63,433 nt of DNA, filler included, from Basidiobolus ranarum (GCA_040143965.1; 28 parts of 28 records of this genome joined end to end with filler, not necessarily neighbours in it); one strand, 5' to 3'. Counted from the first letter of the whole stretch, positions 25,030 through 38,277 are shown. The notes: a model not told the origin generated them from the letters alone. Numbers and translations: made by a program.

Positions 25030-25745
25030 TGTGCCCAAGTAATTTGGTGTCATTGTGTATGCTTAATGGTCCAACATATATTCTGCTCTGCTAGATTGTC
25101 ATGGGGACATTCATATGTATGGTGTGGGATTGATTGAAATCCCATATGAGAATGAATGGAGAGAGCAGCATGTTGCTGTAGCTAAAGTACAGCATTCTCA
25201 AGGTCTTATATCATTGTTGAGTGACTCTCTAACTGTTGACTAGTTGCTTCCAAATGCTGCATTAATTGCCATAATGCAGTATTATTGCTTGTCATGGCCT
25301 GTATGGCAACTTCATAGTTTTTACTCATGATTGCATACAAATCATTACGGTGTTCGGTATGCAATTCCCTTATTGTAATAATTCTCTCCAAAATTTCTAC
25401 GGAGGGTTGTTCAATAGTGGGCAAAGTAGCCATTTTGGAAATTGATGGTCTTGATGCTGTTTTGGTTGCACTTTGCTCAACTATTGATTTACTACATAAA
25501 TGGGGGATTACAATCTCTTCACTTGCACTATTGCTGGAAAGGAACACATCTGGTAAATTGATTAATGCTTCATCATTACTTGAATTAGTTTCTGGCATGT
25601 TAATGCCTTCCAAAGTGGATAGTGGATCACTAGAGTGCTCATCAATTAAGTCCTCTGTTCTTGCTGGTTTTTTTCCTTTTGTGCCATCAGTCTTTGGCTT
25701 AGAAGCCAATTTTGACTTAGATTTTGAGTGCTTGTTGAATGGCAT
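25030..25745 (-). mobile_element. CACTA-type ORF2, N-terminal part (premature stop at 25206-25208)
   Basis: MPFNKHSKSKSKLASKPK...HRNDLYAIMSKNYEVAIQAMTSNNTALWQLMQHLEATSQQLESHSTMI. Repeated in at least five contigs. Confidence 0.85.
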
Positions 25746-25957
25746 TGAAATTTTCAGATGGTAAACTTGGTGTAATGAATTTGCTTAGAAACAGCTTATT
25801 TTAAACCAAAATTGCCATCCATTACCGGCAATATCTTGTAAATCCCCTAATGACTCATCTGTGACACTGTCTCAGAATCAGCTGATGATATTGATGAGCT
25901 ATACCTAAAATACCACCCTTACATGGGAGGTGTTCTTTTTTCTCCAATATCATTCTC

Positions 25958-27200
25958 ATGCTGCAACACAAACGTTTAAAGCAGCCCTGCTATTATTGTT
26001 GCAAATACTTGTGCTATGAAAGCTGGAGACTTCATAGAAAAAATAACCACAAGTATGGTCTCTGTACAAAGCCACCGGCTCCACAAAACCTGGTGTATAA
26101 CAACAGTAATAAGTGCACTAAATCAACTCTAGTTTTGCCTAAAGAGTCCACTTACTGTAGTTTACCTCAAAGTTTTGGTAACAATGCCAAAAGTCAAAAT
26201 ACCATGGAGTTACCACAGTTATATGATCATAATGATGTAGGTCAAAATCCAACTTTGGTCAAACCAGTAAGTCCAGACAACTTTGAGGACTTGCTGCTAG
26301 ATGTTGACCTTGGTTATTCCAATACCAATGGTAGTGTATCAGAAGTTGAAGAAGAAGATGATGGTTTTGTTATGGACTCTTTGTCATCAGCAAACATTAG
26401 TCCACTCATAATACTTAGAGTAAAGGAAGTAGCTTTGATTATTGAGGAGTGGAGAGTTCAATCCAATCTTAGCAACCTGGTGTTGATTGGTTTTCTTACA
26501 CTTTGACCACAGTTGATTGGCAACTGTTGCTTGCCACAGACCTGGTACAAGTGGAAAACACTTGTCAATTATATTACTTATAATCCTTCAGTAATTAAAC
26601 TGCCTTCATGTCCAAATGGTTGTTTGGCTTGCACCGGTGATCTGAAAAACCTGAAGTTGTGTACTGTTTGCACACAATTGGCAATCACTGAATCAGGTAA
26701 ATATTGCTCATATTTGGCCTACATACCATTTATTCCCCATCTTAAAGTTTTGATGAAGTTACACAAATATAGATCATTGATCCAATACCAAAGTATTTAC
26801 AGTAAAGCTGATGTCATTACAAATATACTTGATGGATAGCACTACCAGAATCTGAAAAGTCAAGGTTTGTTTGAGAACATGTATGAGCATGCATTTGCAT
26901 TGGCTCTGGAAGGTTTCTCACTAAACAAATATACCATTGGAAAGGCTTGCTGGCCAATAATTTTAATTAACTTAAATCTTCCTCCTTCTGAAGTGTATAA
27001 GAGTCATAATATTTTAATACTAGCCATCATGTCTGGACCTAAATCACCAGTGCTTATAGACAGCTTTGTGGAGCCTTTGATTGCGGAATTTGAACGGTTA
27101 TCTAATGGGGTTCAGATGGGTGAGTATTTTATTAAAGCTAATATCATTGTATCTATTGGTGACACTCCTGCCATCAGTAAGCTGTGAGGTTTTTGCAGGC
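25958..27200 (+). mobile_element. CACTA/EnSpm (Transposase_21/Tnp2-like) transposase, N-terminal half, with in-frame stops
   Basis: N-terminal Cx2C-x11-Hx4H. CPNGCLACTG...CTVC. AL(E/D)GF...CWPIILINLNLPPSEVYKSHNILILAIMSGPKSP..DSFVEPLIAEFERL..G...IGDTPAISKL. Confidence 0.9.
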
Positions 27201-27300
27201 NNNNNNNNNNNNNNNNNNNNNNNNNNNNNNNNNNNNNNNNNNNNTTAATTAATTAANNNNNNNNNNNNNNNNNNNNNNNNNNNNNNNNNNNNNNNNNNNN

Positions 27301-29470
27301 GGCTTTGATAGACATATTAATACAAGCTTGTGTTGGGTGTGAGCTAAACTTTGGGCATGAAGAACTCTATAAAACTATTCAGGAGAATATATCAAATAGA
27401 CTAGGGATTTTGAAGATGACAAACTAGTGTTCAAGTGGTAATTGTGTAAAATTTGTGTTATGTTTTTGACACATGTATTGATCCATAGTTCTCTGAGCTT
27501 TTAGCCAATTATGCACGACTATTTTGCAAGATCTTGAAATTTCACTCCTGAAACTAAAAAATTTAATTAAAATCAAATCTCACTTGATGATTTTATGATG
27601 GTAAGTAAACCATCAATCCCAAATGGATTAAAATTGTGATGATATTTCTACAATAACAATCCTCAAATTTCTGTTATGGAAACCCAGGATAAGCCACATG
27701 AAATAAGTCAAGAACCTTCAGAGTAACACCTGGTTTTTGGTTTTTCCACAATTGACTCACATCTAGGTGATTTCAGGCAAAATTCCACACAGTTTTCAAA
27801 ATGTTAAACCACTCATCATCAGAGCAAGTAGCAGCAGCTCTGACATTCAGAGTCTTTTGGTTTGCCGGTTTTCCTATGAGATTTCTACTTTCATGTGCCC
27901 AAGCAATTTTAGGTTGTTGTGTAGGCTTAATGGTCCAACACATATTCTGCTCTGCTAGATTGTCATGGTGATGTTCAGATGTATGGTGTGGGATTGATTG
28001 AAATCCCATATGTGAATGGACAGAGGGAACAGCATGTTGCTGTAGAACAAGTACAGGATTCTGAAGGTCTTGCATCATTGTTGAGTGACTCTCTAACTGT
28101 TGACTAGTTACTTCCAAATACTGCATTAATTGATATATTGCAGAGTTATTGCTTGTCATGGCCTGTATAGCAACTTCATAGTTTTTACTTATGATTGCAT
28201 ACAAATCATTACAGTGTTCTGCCTGTGATTCCCTTTTTGTAATAATTCTATCCAAATTTTCTATGGAGGATTGTTCAATAATGGGCAAATAGCCATTTTG
28301 GAAGTTGATAGTCTTGATGGTGTTTTGGTTAAACCTTGCTCAACTATTGATTTACTATGTAATTGGGGGATTACAATCTCTTCACTTGCACTATTGCTGG
28401 AGAGGAACATATCTGGTAAATTGATTAATGCTTCATCATTACTTGAGTTAGTTTCCGGAATGTTAATGCCTTCCAGAGTGGATAGTGGATTGCTAGACTG
28501 CTCATCAATTAAGTCCTCTGTTCTTGTTGGTTTTTTTCCTCTCGTGCCAGCCGGCTTTGGCTTGGAAGACAATTTTGACTTAAATTTTGAATGATTTTTG
28601 AATGGCATTGAAATATTCAGATGGTAAACTTAGTGTAATGAAATAGCATAGAAACAGCTTATTATAAATCAAAATTGCCATCCATTACCAGAAATATATT
28701 GTAAATCCCCTGATGACTCATCTGTGACACCATCTCAGAATCAGCTGATGATATTGAATGGCTATACCTAGAGTAGCACCGTTACATGGGAGGTTTTCCT
28801 TTTCCACAATATCCTTGTCATGTCGCAACACAAATGTTTAAAGAAGCCCTGCTATTATTGTTGCAAATTCTTGTGCTATGAAAGCTGGAGGCTTCTTAGA
28901 AAAAATAATCACCAGCAAGGTCACTGTGCAAAGCCACCAGCTGTGCAAAGCTAGGTGTCTAACAACAGTAATAAGTACACTAAATTTACTTAAGTTTTGC
29001 CCATTGAGTCCACTGAATGTAGTTTGTCTCTAATTTTGGTAACACTGCCAACCTTCAGAATACTGTGGAGTTACCACAGTTATATGACCAGATTGATGTA
29101 GATCAAAATGCAACTTTGGTCAAACCAGCAAGTCCAGACAAATTTGATGCCTTACTGCTAGATGTTGGCCTTGGTTATTCCAGTACAGTTGGTAGTATAT
29201 CTGAAGTTGAAGAAGAAAAAGATGGTTTTGTTATGTACTCTTTGTTATTGGCAAACATTAGTCCACTCATAACACTTACTGTAAAGGAAGCAGCTTTGAT
29301 TATTGAGGAGTGGAGAGTTCAATCCAATCTTAGTAACCAGGTGATTATTGGGTTCCTTACACTTTTACCTCAGTTGACTGGGAATTGTTGCTTGCCACAG
29401 ACCTGGTACAAGTGGAAAACACTTGTCAATTGTATGGTACACTTGGTATTAAGCCAAATATGAATGATAT
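27301..29470. mobile_element. CACTA left end (27301-27679) inserted into ORF2 of another copy (ORF2 -, 27680-28608; transposase 5' end +, about 28820-29470)
   Basis: ...CTCAAATTTCTGTTATGG|AAACCCAGGATAAGCC junction. ORF2 and transposase peptides match 25030-27200. Confidence 0.85.
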
Positions 29471-31840
29471 NNNNNNNNNNNNNNNNNNNNNNNNNNNNNN
29501 NNNNNNNNNNNNNNTTAATTAATTAANNNNNNNNNNNNNNNNNNNNNNNNNNNNNNNNNNNNNNNNNNNNATTGGCTGCCAAATTACTTGTGATCTTATA
29601 CGTACCAAGTCACTGCTATATTGAGTCATCATGTCAATACACATGGCAAGTGTCAGCTAGTATTTCACAATATATATTAAATCAAGTTTTGAAACAAGGT
29701 TTTATGTTTGTAGTGTGCATCAAAGGGTACACCAATCTCCACAGGCAAATTATGGATATATGGTTTAACAAACAATACTTAGAGATTAGTCATGTACTTG
29801 AGCTGCAGTGATCTGATCAAAATTAAATCTTAGCATACAATTAGATGTATGCAAGATGTAATTGTCTACTAGACTTTGGCTCTGTAACATATTTCTTATG
29901 AACCCATTGTCACCTTACTGAGAGGCACCTATTTCACTAAATCTCAAATACAGCCAATCAATACTACCCACTTTAAACATTGGTAATGGAATTGTTCCAT
30001 TATGCTGGGATTTATCAGACCATGAAACACTATATTAAAGTAATTGTGATTGAAATTGGTTGTACCAGAGGATGCTGGACAGTGCCAAATTGCTCCACAT
30101 AAGTTTTAAAATAGTTTACTCATTATGATATATACAGTATAATCTGGTGCTATCTATGTGAACAAGTCCAATGCATGATTGTTTATGTGGATTGATGTGA
30201 AAGTTGGTATAAGTGCTGAGCATAGTCTGCTTGATAAGATATCAAATTTCTGTTTTGATATTTTAACAATTGCCAGCACAGTGTTTATATCTTTATCAAC
30301 AATAAAAAATATAAAAAAATATGCAAAGAAATATTTAGTAGCACCCTTGGTAGTGTGCAGCTTTTACAACCCCAAGCCTTTCTTTACCACTATTTTGCTG
30401 CTTGCATACATAGCAGGAAATACAGAAATATGCAACTAATATATGATAATTTTAGAAGCCATGTTATGAAACAAAATTTGCAGCCTTTTTATTTATAATT
30501 GTTGTGTCCAAGAGAAGTGGGGATAGAAGGTCTGAACTCTACTGAACCAACAAAACAGTTAAGTGCAAAATCTTAGAACTATTTAAGCAGGATATATTAG
30601 CAGAGCAATACTAACTAAGATATGTCTTGGGAATGGCAGTGGGTTGCTATAGTGTGGTAGAGAGTAGGTTTGCTAGGCAGCTAGGCTTGGTGTTCTGTAG
30701 ATGCTAGTGGACACTAGGCTTCGACAGTAATGAAAGAGAAATATTGAATTAGTTATGGTACACACTAAACTAAAAGTTCTGTTAGCTTAATTTATACTTC
30801 TTGATAGCAAAGTGAATTAGTAAGTGCCAAGAAAATAGATGACTAATTCTGATATACCAGAATATGATTGGATAGATAGATGGATTGATCACTGAGTCAT
30901 GCATCAGCTGAAGTCTTGGTGGTGAAAGATCATCAGTTATGATTCTTGTGACTTATATTGGCTTGTGTCTGGCAGATGACTCAAAGGTTAATACTGATTG
31001 GATGATCATTATGTGATTAGTGATATGATTTGATAGAAGGGATAAGAGAATAGACAGTAAGTCATGAGATATGTCATATGGTAGAGTCACTGGATAAGGT
31101 CAGGTGACTGATTAGCAATAATGACAAACTAAACAGATAGTCATGCAAGCTGTATACATATGGTATCAGTTAAACAACTTTTTATGCTGATGCACAACAT
31201 CTAATAGATTGTGTCTAGATATGTAGCTGTAATGCTTGTTCAAAATATGCCAATTATGTACTTCTTTACTGTCTATAGAGATCACCACAATGTTTGTTGT
31301 ATCTGATATTTGTCAAGTTCTTCTTCACTTTCTTTATTATTTATTTCAATTCTTTTTGAATATCTAGCTTCAAATATGATGCTCAAGAATCAAAGGAAGC
31401 CAACTACTTAGATATTGTAAATCTTAAGAATTTTAAGACACCAAATGAGTGTGCATCAACTATTAATAAATAAAGACTTGTAAATCAGAATTTTAGCTCC
31501 AAGTACATAGGTTCACCAAAGAAAATGTTGAAAGTGAAATACATGTTTATTACATTAAAATTAATTGTAGGCAAATATTAAATTGAGAAATTTTTTAAAA
31601 TTACAACAATATATAAAATTGTGTTCAGAATTAGTAAATTCTAAGAATAACTTTTTGGGCCAAGGTCAGAATCTGGTCTTTCAAATATCTGGCCAAGTCA
31701 AATTCTTCCATATTACTGGTAATTTGAGTATTTTGTGAGGNNNNNNNNNNNNNNNNNNNNNNNNNNNNNNNNNNNNNNNNNNNNTTAATTAATTAANNNN
31801 NNNNNNNNNNNNNNNNNNNNNNNNNNNNNNNNNNNNNNNN

Positions 31841-32900
31841 TTGACATTTATAGTTTTGTCAAGATGTAAACAAACTAACATGTAAAATATGTTAAGGAAG
31901 GTCCCAGGAACATGTGTGCAAAGTTTGGGGCTTCTAGCACAAGTTTGAAAATCTATATATCTGAGAACTTCTAAGTTGGTAAAAATATTCTAAGTAAATT
32001 CCAATTGAGAATAATTGAAAATATCTTAGTGAATTATGAGATAACTAAGTACTAAGCTATATATGACTATATAGGTGTTTAGGCAATGCTAATTTCAACA
32101 GTTTTCACTTATTGATTTATTCAGTAGAAAGTTGACATTTATAGTTTTGTCAAGATGTAAATAAACTGACAAGTAAGATGTAATAAGGAAGGTTGCAGGA
32201 ACATGTGAGCAAAGTTTGGGGCTTCTAGTACAAGTTTGAAGAATCTATATATTTATAATAAAGACAATAAACTTCAACAGAATCAAGTGTATATTGCCAA
32301 TTAGTCAACCCTGTACCCAACTCTTGATGTTAAAATTGTCACTTTGAGCTCTTGGTTGACTAATCTATCAGATATTCAATTATTTTATCATATCTAGAAT
32401 TCATTGCTATTGAAGCTTCAGAATATATTTTTCCCTGTTAGCTTTTTGCAAAAGTATTAAATATATTTTTGGGAACTTTACTTGCCAACACCTATATCCA
32501 TTAGGAGTTGATACTGCAGTAGAGTTTACAAAACCATTAGCACTAATGAAGAACACATCACCATACCCTCATGTGACAGCTTATATTTTATTCATTAATA
32601 GGGAAAAAAGGTTCTGCAACTACTGGCTCCTATTGATTTTTGATATCTAGAAGCAAAGGCTTAACTGAGTATTTGTATATTTCCAAAAGTTTTGGGCTTG
32701 ATAGTGTTAAAGTATAGTTTTGTAACAATGTAAGCAAATGGCTTCTAGCTCAAACTTGAAAAAACTATATATCCAAGAACTTTGAAAAATATTCCCTAAT
32801 ATTCTTGAGAATTGTCTGTGATATCTTTGTGAAATAAGGAATAACTAAATACTAAGCTATATATGACTATATAGATGTTTAGGCTATGCATATTATAACA
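31841..32900 (-). mobile_element. Cluster of family A LTR pieces (31841-32100, 32101-32252, about 32700-32900) plus a family C LTR terminus (about 32255-32279)
   Basis: GCAATGCTAATTTCAACA terminus at 32100. AAAGACAATAAACTTCAACA is the reverse complement of the start at 49553. Confidence 0.78.
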
Positions 32901-33715
32901 GCATTACTTAACTTATTTTAAATTAGATTCATAAGTAATGACATTTATCATATAAAACTATATAAAGTGCTGATCCTCATACACCATCAGTAATGCATAT
33001 CTACTTCCTCAACAGTCAGAAACTCAATAAAACTCTAATCTTGATTCCCACCATTAACAACCTCTTTACTACCAAATTGCCAAGATTCATGAACAGAAAC
33101 CAATGTGTGATTGCTTTTAAAATCCTTACTAAAGCTAGTTCGGGATAAGGGTAATGTTTGAGATAACTCTGACTAGATTTTGAAACAGGTATTTTTTCAA
33201 TTTAATACCTTCCATGTTTCATCTAAACTTGCCGCCAGAGCGAACACAAACATGTTAAATGAATTCCTTTGCTTGACTTTTCTGGTAAAGATCCTTACCA
33301 TTCAAAACGTTATCAATTGACTGTTCATACATATTGGTATAGATATATATATTTTAATATAGTCTTCACTCAATCATATCGCATTTCATTCTCGGCAGAG
33401 CCATACATAAAGAAAACATCAAATATCAGATACCTAAAGCAAGAATTATCCTACTGAAATCTTCAAGAGAGTTAGAAGGAAATGCCTCGTGCCATCAGAA
33501 CTACCCCACATCTTTTTAGCACAACTGCCAAATGTACATTGGGCTTGTTACATTTCAACATTGTTAATAACTTGTGAATGACAATCAAGTTTGTAGGTAG
33601 AACAAGTATTTTCAGAAACCCTTTCTAATGAAAAAGGTAAAATATTTAGCACAAATGGTGATGTTAAGTTTACCGGTTTGCCCTTCCAACATTTTGATCA
33701 GCTTTCCACTTGTAC

Positions 33716-33789
33716 GATTAATCCAGTTCTTATATATATGTTCAGTTGGAAGGATTAATCCAATTCTTATATATATGTTCAATTGGAAG
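33716..33789. repeat. 37-bp tandem duplication
   Basis: GATTAATCCA(G/A)TTCTTATATATATGTTCA(G/A)TTGGAAG twice. Confidence 0.9.
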
Positions 33790-34109
33790 TAAGCACATAC
33801 AAATGATCTTATTCTAAATGGAGGAAATTAGTAGAGTAAAGTAACCTGCTAATAAGAAGTCAGCCATCATGCACGGATGTAATGGCCATGATGTTTTTAC
33901 ACAAGAGAATTCCATTAGAATAAGAAAGATGACAAATACCGTGGTAATTGATGAAAACTAGGATGTATACCAGAGATATTTATTTACACTTCGTATGCTC
34001 CAATACCAANNNNNNNNNNNNNNNNNNNNNNNNNNNNNNNNNNNNNNNNNNNNTTAATTAATTAANNNNNNNNNNNNNNNNNNNNNNNNNNNNNNNNNNN
34101 NNNNNNNNN

Positions 34110-34248
34110 TTCACTCCTGAAACTGAAAAAATTGATTAAAATCAAATCTAACTTGACGTTTTTATGACGGTAAGTAAACGGTCAACCCCAAATGGATTAA
34201 AATTGTGACGGTTTTCCTACAATAACAATCCTCAAATTTCTGTTAGGG
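34110..34248 (-). mobile_element. Young CACTA-type left end inserted in a copia RT
   Basis: Ends CCTCAAATTTCTGTTAGGG and retains TGACGG motifs. The next bases GATAATCAAACATGG resume the copia RT. Confidence 0.9.
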
Positions 34249-35280
34249 GATAATCAAACATGGATTTATCCAACTTACTTGATGATAGAAAATCAATTGG
34301 CTGCTGATGGGTGTTGAGAGTTAAATACAACTCTGATGGCAATATAGAAACGTACAAGACTAAACTAGTAGCCAAACACTATTCCAAACACCAGGAACAG
34401 ATTATACAGAAACTTTTGCTCCTGTAGCAAAGTTTAATTCTATTAGATTGACTTTAGCAATTTCAGCTAAATATCATTTTATTATACATCAAATGGATGT
34501 TAAAACTGCTTTTTTGAATGGTGAGCTTGCTGAGGAGATATATATAGACCAGCCAGATGGATTTGTGGACCCAGAAAGCCCTAAAAAAGCTTTCAGACTC
34601 CAGAAAACACTCTACAGCTTAAAATAATCTCCAAGAGCTTGAAACAGCAAGATGGAGACTTTTTTGAAAACACTCAAATTCCAAAAGAGTAATGCTGACT
34701 ATAGTATCTACTTCAGGCCAGAGAAGACAAACCTAGTTTTATTGGGCTTATATGTCAATGACCTTATTATAGCAATCAATGACTTGAAGACTTTGGAGAA
34801 AACCAAATCCAGCTTATCTGCTAAATTCAAAATGACTGATCTTGGTGAACTGACATACTATCTTGAAATCCAAATTAAGATAGATAGAACTACCAAAACA
34901 TTAACTTTAAACCAGTCTCAGTATATCCTAGATATACTAAAGAAGTTTAAAATGGAAGAATATAATCCAGTATCTACTCCAATGGAGACAAATCTTAACT
35001 TGACCAAAAATGGCTTAAATCAGATGTTTTTGGATTTAAATTAAATAAGCCAGAAATTTCCTTATCAATATATGGTTGGTAGTTTGATGTATATCATGGT
35101 TGGAACATGGCTAAGTATTGCATATTTTGTGGGAGTTATGTGCCAATATTTTCAAAATTATGGATTTGATCAAATCATAGCAGTTAAGCAGATTTTCAGA
35201 TATTCAAAAGGTACTGTGGATATATGCTTAAATGACACATATTTTGCATCAAACTTTGATCTGATAGGATATTCAGATAC
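34249..35280 (+). mobile_element. Copia reverse transcriptase pseudogene
   Basis: DYTETFAPVAKFNSIR, HQMDVKTAFLNGELAEEIYIDQPDGF, LYSLK*SPRA*N, GLYVNDLII (YVDD to YVND), MTDLGELTYYL, LIGYSD. Confidence 0.92.
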
Positions 35281-35586
35281 ATAGTCTTATATGACTTAGT
35301 ACTTGGTTATTTTGTAATTTACTAAGATAGTATCAATTATTCTCAATTGGAATTTACTTAGAATATTTTTACCAACTTAGAAGTTCTCAGATATATAGAT
35401 TTTTCATACTTGTTCTAGAAGCCCCAAACTTTGCACACATGTTCCTGGGACCTTCTTAACACATTCTACACATTTTTTTCTTACATCTTGACTAAACTAT
35501 AAATGGTAACTTTCTACTCAACAAATCAATAAGTGAAAACCACCAATTCCTCTAATTCTCCAAACCACTTCCAACAGGCTCCCAAA
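35281..35586 (+). mobile_element. Partial family A LTR
   Basis: Colinear with 46937-47243. Interrupted at 35587. Confidence 0.8.
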
Positions 35587-36059
35587 TGTTGAAAGTCTGG
35601 TGACTTATGGTACAAGCAGAATATCCCAAAGAGGAAAATATGGAGTATGGTGACTGCATCTGAACACAAAGTCTAAGGAAAATCAGTTGCTTGTATAGCT
35701 GAAGTGCCAAAGTCCCATACATTGACATACTAGGTTAAGGTTCTGTTGGATAAGTAATCTATATTCACCATCATAGTTAACTTTAGTTATGATACATATA
35801 TCAGAAACAGAAAGCTATATATGTATAACCCCTATATTCTAAAAAGGAATATCTCTATATCTATATAACAAGTATGTCATATTACCCTCACTTATCTATT
35901 ATATCTTATTACACAAACTCCTGAAGATCTCAAACAATTGATTTACTTTTCTACTGTAAAGTCACCATATACTCTTAAGAATAAAGTAACTAAAACACAC
36001 TATCATAAGTTGCTTCTAATACTCAAAGTCTGCCCCCATTATGTCAAGATCCTCCAACA
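35587..36059 (+). mobile_element. Putative LTR family E (TGTTG...CAACA, 473 bp) followed by TGGTA (start of a tRNA-3'-end PBS)
   Basis: Inverted termini TGTTG/CAACA. TGGTA at 36060-36064 is cut by a CACTA end. Only one copy in the window. Confidence 0.55.
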
Positions 36060-36064
36060 TGGTA

Positions 36065-36277
36065 CCCTAAGAGAATTTTGAGGATTGTTATCATAGGAAA
36101 ACCATCACAATTTTAATACATTTGGGATTGACCATTTACTTACCATCATAAAATTGTCAAGTTAGATTTGATTTTAATCAATTTTTTCAGTTTCAGGAGT
36201 GAAATTTCAAGATCTCACAAAATAGTTGCACATGATTGGCTACAATCTCAGAGAACTATGGATCAACACATGTGCAA
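36065..36277 (+). mobile_element. CACTA-type left end
   Basis: CCCTAAGAGAATTTTGAGGATTGTTATC... matches 62990 onward. Confidence 0.85.
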
Positions 36278-36682
36278 NNNNNNNNNNNNNNNNNNNNNNN
36301 NNNNNNNNNNNNNNNNNNNNNTTAATTAATTAANNNNNNNNNNNNNNNNNNNNNNNNNNNNNNNNNNNNNNNNNNNNATTCACCATAGGTTGATAAATTC
36401 CATGTGTAATACTTCACACTATACTCAGTAAGTTTAAAATGCACTGTCAGCGTGCCGCCCTGGGATAATGTATCAATTTAGTGGAATTATTAATTTTTTT
36501 GGTCCTGCCTGCAAAATAATGCAAGTATTGATGGTAAGATTTCTCAGTAGTGTAGCATCACCTCCTGTATGGAACCATTTTATTGGATCAGTTAATAGGA
36601 AGAGGGTACTGAGGATGTGAAAGTTGGTATAGACAGATTTGTGTGAGATATTGAAGAGTTTCAAATTTCGAAATTCAACTGA

Positions 36683-37357
36683 TTAGCAATCTCCACAATC
36701 ATCTCCACTACAGTCATCGTTCCATCTGGATCCCCAACCACCAAATCTACCAAACCTGCGGCCACCAAAACGACCAAATCTTCCACCCCTGCCAAACCGG
36801 CCGCGACCGAAGCGTCCTCGGCCTCTTCCGAAGCGACCTCGACCCCCTCGTCCGCGTCCACTTCGCCCTCCGCGGCCACTGCGCCCCCCACGTCGCAACT
36901 CGGTTTCTTCAGCAGTATCTAAATCTTTATTTCCTTCCCCACCTGCCTCATTGTCAGCATTAGGTGCGATGACGCTATCGGAGGTAACTGGAATATTTGT
37001 TTCCTGATTATCAGTTTCAGGAAGCATACTAGTCATGGGTGTACCAGTTTCTTGGAACTTAAAAGGACTGAGTTTCCTTATACTACCAGGAGCGGACTTA
37101 GATAAGCGAGCAAATAGTTTTCCAAGATTGACACTACGCAGCTGGGATTCTTCGGGAGTGAGCGCAATATCTTCATCCAACGTGAAATCGGGAATAAAGT
37201 AGTCGGTACCAGTATCCAGCACCATGTTATCACTTTCTGGGAAGGCCACAATTGTGGTTGCAGTAGCATGTTCTGCAGGTGTCCCTGGCTTAGCATCAGA
37301 TGCATAAGCGAGGGAGGCAAACAGAAAGGTATTGATAAGAGTGATTTGAAGATGCAT
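36683..37357 (-). CDS. Secreted precursor (224 aa): signal peptide, acidic pro-region, ELRR site, Gly/Arg/Phe-rich peptide with DDCSGDDCGDC tail
   Basis: ATG at 37357 gives MHLQITLINTFLFASLAYA|SD (signal-like). The ORF is uninterrupted, and a paralog is conserved at 38278-38544. Confidence 0.8.
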   Translation of the reverse strand: MHLQITLINTFLFASLAYASDAKPGTPAEHATATTIVAFPESDNMVLDTGTDYFIPDFTLDEDIALTPEESQLRSVNLGKLFARLSKSAPGSIRKLSPFKFQETGTPMTSMLPETDNQETNIPVTSDSVIAPNADNEAGGEGNKDLDTAEETELRRGGRSGRGGRSGRGRGGRGRFGRGRGRFGRGRFGRGGRFGRFGGRRFGRFGGWGSRWNDDCSGDDCGDC

Positions 37358-38277
37358 CTTTGGAACACTAGATGAATTTTTGGAAAGAAAATCGAATCTG
37401 TCAGGAAGTAATGCTATTTTGGGTCGCTTTATACGTGCAAGATTTAATTTTGTTACATTAACGGGATTTGCAAATATCAATGTTCCGGATTAGGTATTCA
37501 TCCCAAATGTATGAGTGAGGTTAATACATGCTATATACCTGCCAAACTATTGGACAGTTCTTTACATTATCAGGGCTAAACCAGAGGATGTATTGTTACA
37601 ATCTTACAAGCTCTTAGTTATGTGTCTTTAAGTTTCAAATCACTGTATCCCTAATATGAGCTATCGCCAAGACAGCGGGTTGAATGAACATTTTACGTAG
37701 AAAATTTAGCGCTTAATGTATTGAAAATATGACTGCTATTGATAGTAAAGAAACGACGAGTTTATTCAATTATACATTTGTGCATGCTGATCAAATTTGG
37801 TAATTGAGGGGCAGCTACTTCTTTGAGCAAAACCTTTATCGGAGGCATTATCAAGATATTGTGTTGATTAAACGCTCGATCCATATAAGCCGTGACTTTT
37901 ATTAGTAGCGCAGGAATGGCAAAATTGAGGAACTAAGTTGATTAAATCATAGGTTTATTAATCGTGTCAAAATTGGAAAAATGTACAGAATTTACCAAAG
38001 TTTGGATATGTAAGTTGTGACCAATATCGAGATTAAAAATCAGCGTAGCCCAATTTTTTCATGTTTAATACACCACTACTATCTAATTACTATTCTGGTT
38101 GTATCTACAAAGCAAAGTGTCTGTTGTGGGCATAAATTTCGAACGGCAGTATTGTGTCCTATATGATCCTTTTTTATTGTATTTGTTGAAATGAAGAGGG
38201 AAATATCAGAGTGAAGGTGTGGTATAAGCTGATTTTTTAGAGTCATTAAGGGTGCTCAAGTTGAGAATTCAAATTGA

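Noticed and set aside
25327-25764. 145-aa plus-strand ORF (and 28271-28594) as an antisense gene
   Set aside because: Shadow of ORF2, with no independent motif.
36661-36891. Val/Ala/Glu/Asp-rich ORFs (also 38256-38507 and 38274-38600)
   Set aside because: Alternative frames of the low-complexity Gly/Arg codons. Only the Gly/Arg frame connects to a signal peptide and the conserved ELRR junction.
37358-37480. 41-codon N-terminal extension of the peptide precursor
   Set aside because: It starts at a non-ATG codon in a eukaryote. The ATG at 37357 gives a clean signal peptide.
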